A DNA stretch of 64,000 nucleotides from the human T2T-CHM13v2.0 reference genome, Homo sapiens, in the NCBI GenBank assembly GCA_009914755.4, contig CP068257.2, positions 35,072,001 through 35,136,000 on the forward strand, read 5' to 3'. Positions 57,690-64,000 of this stretch are shown here, in pieces (position 1 is the stretch's first letter; every line of letters begins with the position of its first letter). The translations under genes were made by a program, and so were the position numbers. The notes under the pieces are model-generated. The model was not told where the DNA came from. It saw only the letters and a list, made by a program, of their open reading frames with translations, and did not search any database.

Positions 57690-58560
57690 GTCCTGAGATT
57701 GGACAGCACGGCCTAGACTAAGGCGGGGGAGGGCGACAGCGACCCCGCGGGTGCAGCGCGTGGGCGGCCGAGGGGTGGTGGCTGCGCCCGGGGCTTGGGG
57801 GTGGGGTGGCTGCGGCCGCGCCCCTTGCTGCCCTCTAACGTGTCGCCTGTCCCCGCAGCGCCCGCCGCCGCCGTGCGCAGGTTCGGCGAGGACACCGCGC
57901 CCCCGAGCTTCCCGAGCTGCGGCCACTACCGCGAGGAGCCCGCGCTGGGCCCGGCCAAAGCCGCCCGCCAGGCCGCCCGGGACGGGGCGCGGCTGGCGCT
58001 GGCCCGCGCGGCACCCGAGTGCTGCGCGCCCCCGACCCCCGAGGCCCCGGGCGCGCCGGCGCAGCTGCCCTTCGTGCTGCTCAACTACCACCGCGTGCTG
58101 GCCCGGCGCGGACCGCTGGGGGGCGCCGCACCCGCCGCCTCCGGCCTGGCCTGCGCTCCCGGCGGCCCCGAGGCGGCGACCGGCGCGCTGCGGCTCCGGC
58201 ACCCGAGCCCCGCCGCCACCTCCCCGCCCGGCGCGCCCCTGCCGCACTACCTGGGCGCCTCGGTCATCATCACCAACGGGAGGTGACCCGCTGGCCGCCC
58301 GCGCCAGGAGCCTGGACCCGGCCTCCCGGGGCTGCGGCGCCACCGAGCCCGGCAAATGCGCACGACCTACATTAATTTATGCAGAGACAGCTGTTTGAAT
58401 TGGACCCCGCCGCCGACTTGCGGATTTCCACCGCGGAGGCCGCGCGCGCCGGTGCCGAGGGCCGAGGAGCGCCCGGGTCCGGGCAGGTGACCGCCCGCCT
58501 CTGTCCTGCGAGGGCCGGTGCGACCCAGTTGCTGGGGGCTTGGTTTCCTCACCTTGAAAT
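57690..58560. promoter_or_regulatory. SIM2: 3' CpG island G, overlying terminal coding exon 11 and the start of the 3' UTR
   Basis: GC-rich, CpG-dense exon 11 (runs of gcgcgc and ccgccgcc). Both strands show long spurious ORFs (57681..58355 minus, 57751..58398 plus). Confidence 0.75.
57859..58286 (+). CDS. SIM2: SIM2 coding exon 11 (terminal coding exon of the long isoform; Ala/Pro-rich repression region; includes TGA stop at 58284-58286)
   Basis: Acceptor tgtccccgcag|CG completes a GCG Ala codon. Translates APAAAVRRFGEDTAPPSFPSCGHYREEPALGPAKAARQAARDG...LGASVIITNGR then a stop (track ORF 57795..58286). The 11 exons sum to exactly 2004 nt, 668 codons. Confidence 0.92.
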
Positions 58561-59967
58561 CGGGCTTCACGCGTCTTGCCTTGTCCCCAACGTTCCACAA
58601 CAGTCCCGCTGGGGGATTGAAGCGGTTTCACTCCGCAAATATCCTCCACTTTCAGGAGGGAAAACCCACCCTACCACAGTCCGCTCTTCCAAGTGGACGG
58701 CAGACCTGGGAGGGGACGCCTGTGTCACGAGCCCTTTTAGATGCTTAGGTGAAGGCAGAAGTGATGATTGTAAGTCCCATGAATACACAACTCCACTGTC
58801 TTTAAAAGTCATTCAAGAGTCTCATTATTTTTGTTTTTATTTAACCCTTTCTTCAATACAAAAAGCCAACAAACCAAGACTAAGGGGGTGACCATGCAAT
58901 TCCATTTTGTGTCTGTGAACATAGGTGTGCTTCCCAAATACATTAACAAGCTCTTACTTCCCCCTAACCCCTATGAACTCTTGATAACACCAAGAGTAGC
59001 ACCTTCAGAATATATTGAATAGGCATTAAATGCAAAAATATATATGTAGCCAGACAGTTTATGAGAATGACCCTGTCAAGCTTCATTATTACGTGGCAAA
59101 ATCCCTCTGGCCCACACAGATCTGTAATTCACTAGGCTCGTGTTTGCTACAAATAGTGCTAATAAAGTTAAATTGCACGTGCAATACGGAACACTGTCAA
59201 TGGACTGCACCTTGTGAAGGAAAAACATGCTTAAGGGGGTGTAATGAAAATGATGTAGACATTTTAAGCATTTTCTACACAGCGAGAAAACTTCGTAAGA
59301 ACATGTTACGTGTGCAACAGGTAAACAGAAATCCTTTCATAAAGCACCAGCAGTGTTTAAAAAATGAGCTTCCATTAATTTTTACTTTTTATGGGTTTTG
59401 CTTAAAGATCTCAACATGGAAAAATCCTGCCATGGCTCTGAACTGCACAATGCATTGAACCGCCGTCCTTCAATTTTCTTCACACTATCAACACTGCAGC
59501 ATTTTGCTGCTTTATCAAAATGGTTTATTTTAGGAAACTTTTTCCACCTTTCTGAATGGAAAGAGGTTTTCACAAATGTTTTAAACTCATCGTTCTAAAA
59601 TCAAGTGCACCTACACCAACTGCTCTCAAAATGTGAACTGACTTTTTTTTTTTTTTTTTGCCAACCCTGTGTCACTTAGTGAGGACCTGACACAATCCCT
59701 ACAGGGTGTCTGTCAGTGGGCCTCATGGTAAGAGTCACAATTTGCAAATTTAGGACCGTGGGTCATGCAGCGAAGGGGCTGGATGGTAGGAAGGGATGTG
59801 CCCGCCTCTCCACGCACTCAGCTATACCTCATTCACAGCTCCTTGTGAGTGTGTGCACAGGAAATAAGCCGAGGGTATTATTTTTTTATGTTCATGAGTC
59901 TTGTAATTAAACCGTGATTCTTGAAAGGTGTAGGTTTGATTACTAGGAGATACCACCGACATTTTTC

Positions 59968-60039
59968 AATAAAGTACTGCAAAATGCTTTTGTGTCTACC
60001 TTGTTATTAACTTTTGGGGCTGTATTTAGTAAAAATAAA
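59968..60039 (+). terminator. SIM2: Candidate polyadenylation signals for the SIM2 long transcript (AATAAA at 59968-59973 and 60034-60039). Others lie at 59161-59166, ~60879 and 61312-61317.
   Basis: AATAAA hexamers in the AT-rich 3' UTR downstream of the stop at 58286. Which one is used cannot be decided from sequence alone. Confidence 0.3.
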
Positions 60040-63000
60040 TCAAGGCTATCGGAGCAGTTCAATAACAAAGGTTACTGTTGAGAAAAAAGACCCTATCATA
60101 GATTTACAAGTGACAACGTGGACAGGCGTAACAGAGTGTGTATGTACTTGAAAATGTGTACTAGTGAAAACGTCCTTGTCTAAACAAACTTCGTTTTCAT
60201 AACCTAGAACATGAAGGAAGATTCTTACACGAGCTGGCTTCAGGACGGCCAGGGCTGAGTGTGAAGTCAGCAGAGCTGTTACTGTGGCAACCTAATATTG
60301 TGACCTCCATCTTGAAGAGTCTGCACATTTAAGCTGGGGATAGCGTTTCTTGACTTCTGTGAGGCTCCGGCAGGGGAAGAGGAAGCATTTTAATACATAT
60401 GCCTCTCTTTTACAAAAAAGAAAAAAAAATCATCGTAGGCCCTAACATGTACCATGTTGACAAAAATGCCAGATCAAATGGATTTGAGAAATAAGCCCAA
60501 TTCAAGGCTGGCTCAGCCCTCCACGGGGCCTCCCAGGGAAAGGAATTCCTTTATGTTCTTGGAAGCCCTTTTCTAGAAAAGCCATTCCATTCATACCTTT
60601 GTAGAGCAGTGGGCTGGGTGTGGAGGGCAGCGCGGAGGGTATCTGCAAGAGCCTGTATTTTCCGCCTCCCTTGCCCCCACTCCTTTTATCCTTTTAAAAG
60701 TCCTATCAGCCCTGCCTTCGTCCCTTCCGCCCTAAGCCCTAAGAGTGGGGGAGGTTTAATACGGCCAATGGATCTTGTATAAAGTCTACGTAAGTTTTAA
60801 TTTACCAGAGCTATAAGATGGTTAAGGTAGACTAGTGGGGACTGCTACAGATAAAATGAGATACAAAGAACATTTGCAAATAAATGCCATAAAATTACAG
60901 TAGCTTGGAATTTTAGTGAATCATGGCCCTTGTGTTATCTAGAATGCTAATTATTCAAGCTGTTCCTAAACTTAAGTATGACATATAAGATTAAAATCTT
61001 GGGGGGAAAAACTGTTCAGATGAAAAGTCAAGTCAAGAAGTTTCCACAAAAGAAAAGAAAAATCCTAAAAACAATCTAGCTGTTGTTACATTAAATTTAT
61101 TTCTCACCTCCATTAAAAGGGTTTTTGCTTTGGAGTTTTGTTAACTTTCGTTCTTTGGAGTAATAATATTTCTCTTGTGTATGGCACTGAATACATTTGT
61201 CAATAATACGTCAAAAAAAAAAACACTTGGCTTCTTAATACTTGGAAATACGTACATATTCCTTACTATGTAAAACACTTTATTTATTTTGTAAAAATAT
61301 GTTTAAATATGAATAAAAATACTGTAACCCAAAGTAGTTGCCTACTTTTAAAAATGAAACTTGTAAAAATAAGAGGGAGCCCAAACCACATAGAAAGTCT
61401 TAGTTTATTTTGGTAGACTTGCTTTTTATAGGCATTGGTTTAAAGTGATTCTTTTCAGAGACATCCTTTGAGAAGTTAAAATTGCAGAGGCTTACGCTTT
61501 CTTTTATTTCAAATATGCATAGTGATTAACCAGGAATAAGGATTCTCCCATGTTCTGCCTGTTAAGAGCAAACAGATCTGGAGAACGGAAGCCCACCCTG
61601 CCTCCCTTTTCCATCTGAAGCAGTGCGGGGAGGCTGGCTCCTCTCTTTGTTCCCAGACTCCAGGGCAAGGGGCGACCATGCTGTATATGCTGTGCCTTGG
61701 GGGACCCCCAGAGGCTGCGCTCTGTGGCCTGTGCTCCCCCGACCTGTGCACCCGCACCCCAGTCGGCCACTTGCTCTCACATCAGGCAACGTCAGCCTGC
61801 TGCAGTGAAACTCAACCATGATTTTCCTTTGCACACAAATCCTTCCTACTTCCACCACTCCCTAGCAGAGTTCCCAGTGCCAGAGAGCACTGCTGGGGTG
61901 GGGGTGGGGACAGGAAGCCCAGTTATTGCTGTGTTCTATTTTAGGGGGCACTTCCTCAAGAGTCCCCTTGAAACCCGTTACCAGCCTGGAAGGGAGGATA
62001 TCTTGCCTTTTACAAAATACGGTCGATACTCAATGCACAGCCTCTAAAACAAGGGCTACTCCAGTGTTCTAAAAGCACACGCCAATCCTGAGTTTAGTGA
62101 CCACATTTTAAAGATCATCAGGAAAATGCCAAGTTCCCATTAAGACTTTAAAGCTCCTTGAGATCCCAGGTTGCGGGGTGCATAAATGGCCCAAATCGGA
62201 GAGTGTGCTATAGCAGGTAGACAGGTTTCGCTAACACGAACAGCTATCAGTAAAATGCCTTTATTCAGCTAATTCTATAGAAGCGGAGTTTTGAGAGTCT
62301 TTGGTTCATGTGAGGCAAAATCAGGTTTATGGAAAACGCAGCATCTGCTTCAAGGCTGCTTCATCTCTCTCAGGACAACTGAGTCTCCTGCGTGAGGGAG
62401 GAGCGCCTGCTGGAAAGCACAGAGCACAGCAGTATGCCCGGAACATCTCCATAGCCTTTGACAAGGCCACACTTCATTAGTTTTAATTTGCAGAAAGGAA
62501 ATTAAATGATAACATTTTTTCCCAAAGCAGAGTGTCCAGAATAGGACTTCAGCTTAAAACAAAACATAGCATGTTTTTCATTAAATAACCCCCAAAGAAA
62601 TTCAAAAAGTGATGATGGCAGCTCTGAGAGAGGGCTTGCCTTATATTACAAAGTCTGAGAAATGAAACCTACATCGTTAGCCTCGAGATCTTTGTCCCTG
62701 ATGATATTCTGCAGATGCCCTCTCAAGGGTAAGTCCATTTTGTAATTTGGGGATGGTGTGGACTTGTATTTTACTTAAGTTTCTAACTAATTTTGAAAGA
62801 AGGCTTGGGCATTTGGAGAAGAGTGGTTTTTTTTGTGTTTTTTGTTTGTTTGTTTTTTGAGAAAAATAATTCTAATTGAAGCCTCATTTCCAAAAATTAC
62901 TTTTTAAGTTCTTTTAATGTTTCATTTCCAAAAAATATATATTGGGTATTTTTTCATAGGGCTGTCCTGTGCCTGGCTAAAGGTAGACAGACTATACTAA

Positions 63001-63340
63001 AAACCACAAGTTTCTGGAATTAGCCTGACTGGGTAAGACCTGGATAAAGATGGTGCTAGTTTACAATGAAGGGATTTTGTTCAAAGCTGAAAGCTCCATC
63101 AAACTTTCTTTCCACTAATTTCAGCTGGGACTGGAAGAGAGAAAACTGGACAAAAATTGGCCTTTTAAAAAGCTGAAAAGTAATGAGTATGATTCATAAG
63201 TTCAACAGAGATAGGAGGGACATGGAAAAGGCATGGCGTACATCTGGGAATAGCGAATGCATATCAAAAGGCTTCATTTCTTTTGTTCTTTCATGAGGCT
63301 TGTAGCACATCAAATTTTGAATGTCTTCTTTTAAAGCTAT

Positions 63341-63388
63341 GTGCGCACACACGCACGCACACACATATGCGGGCACACACACACATCC
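63341..63388 (+). repeat. Imperfect (CA)n/(GCAC)n alternating purine-pyrimidine tract
   Basis: gtgcgcacacacgcacgcacacacatatgcgggcacacacacacatcc. Confidence 0.8.
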
Positions 63389-64000
63389 TCCCTCTGAACT
63401 GATGGTGTTTAGTATCGATAACATTTTCTTTCTTGGTAATACGAGGTAAATGAGGGGGGCAAAAACTTATGACTTCTGAGTAAAATGCCATGTCTTCTAT
63501 ATTCCGTGAGCTGCACAGTCTTGCAGGAATGCTCCACATTTCAGAGTAAATCTGAAACTGGCTTAAAAGCTCCAAATCCTCCCTTGTATGTGGTATGAGT
63601 GTGCCTTCATCTCCAGCTGTCAGAGCCAAATCGCCCACCTCCTCATCCAAGTGATGCCTAATCAGACATTTAAGGATTCTGAACTTGATCCTGTCTCTTC
63701 ACAATATGTAGTAAATTTAAACTTACTTAAGAAAGTCAGTCCCTAACTAAGGACATTTAAACTTCCTTAGGAAAGGAGAGCTCACTGAATGATGTCAAAG
63801 TAATGAACTGATTTCCTCTACAAGGTCACTGCAACCACACCAGCTAGCTCTATCTCTACAGGCATTTAGACTTCGCTATGGGGCCACACCACCGGGTGGA
63901 CAGTAACTCTTGGAAGTCTGTCTTCCCTTTTCTTCATTAATAAAAACACAGAACAATGACTAAGTGTCCAAGCATGTTCTTACAGTTCAGTACCTCCCCA

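Noticed and set aside
57681-58398. ORFs 57681..58355 (minus, 224 aa) and 57751..58398 (plus, 215 aa) overlapping exon 11 in other frames
   Set aside because: They are GC-rich alternative-frame artefacts. Only the frame entered from the exon-11 acceptor at 57859 is continuous with exons 1-10 and ends in the known ...VIITNGR C-terminus.

Overview
This window is human genomic DNA, not prokaryotic. It is the SIM2 locus (single-minded homolog 2, a bHLH-PAS transcription factor on chr21q22.13), transcribed on the + strand. Using the six-frame track and GT-AG splice sites, I reconstructed the whole coding region as 11 exons between 9934 and 58286. They join to exactly 2004 nt, giving 667 aa plus a stop, which agrees with the SIM2 long isoform. 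Reading through the exon-10 donor to a TAG at 55465-55467 gives the 570-aa SIM2s isoform.

About 7.4 kb at the 3' end of the 5' flank (2100-9900), exon 1 and intron 1 form a ~19 kb cluster of CpG islands (2.1-21 kb). Inside it, the span 700-20000 contains no Alu elements, a pattern seen at Polycomb-regulated developmental genes. Alus begin again at 20027 and recur throughout the 3' two thirds of the window (17 of the 18 full-length copies), many with clear target-site duplications. That region also holds one L1M 3'-end fragment and one free left Alu monomer.

Notable non-coding structures are listed in the findings. The main ones are:
- a ~390 bp polypyrimidine tract just downstream of exon 1;
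- a 7-codon uORF whose TGA stop overlaps the main ATG (ATGA);
- (GT)n(GC)n tracts with Z-DNA potential;
- G-rich and C-rich runs with quadruplex potential;
- GGAA/GAAA microsatellites;
- a 24-bp-unit minisatellite;
- inverted Alu pairs around exons 6 and 8;
- a small templated, palindromic insertion inside one Alu.

No tRNA, rRNA or CRISPR features are present. The long ORFs in the track that lie outside the SIM2 exons are artefacts of GC-rich or low-complexity sequence.
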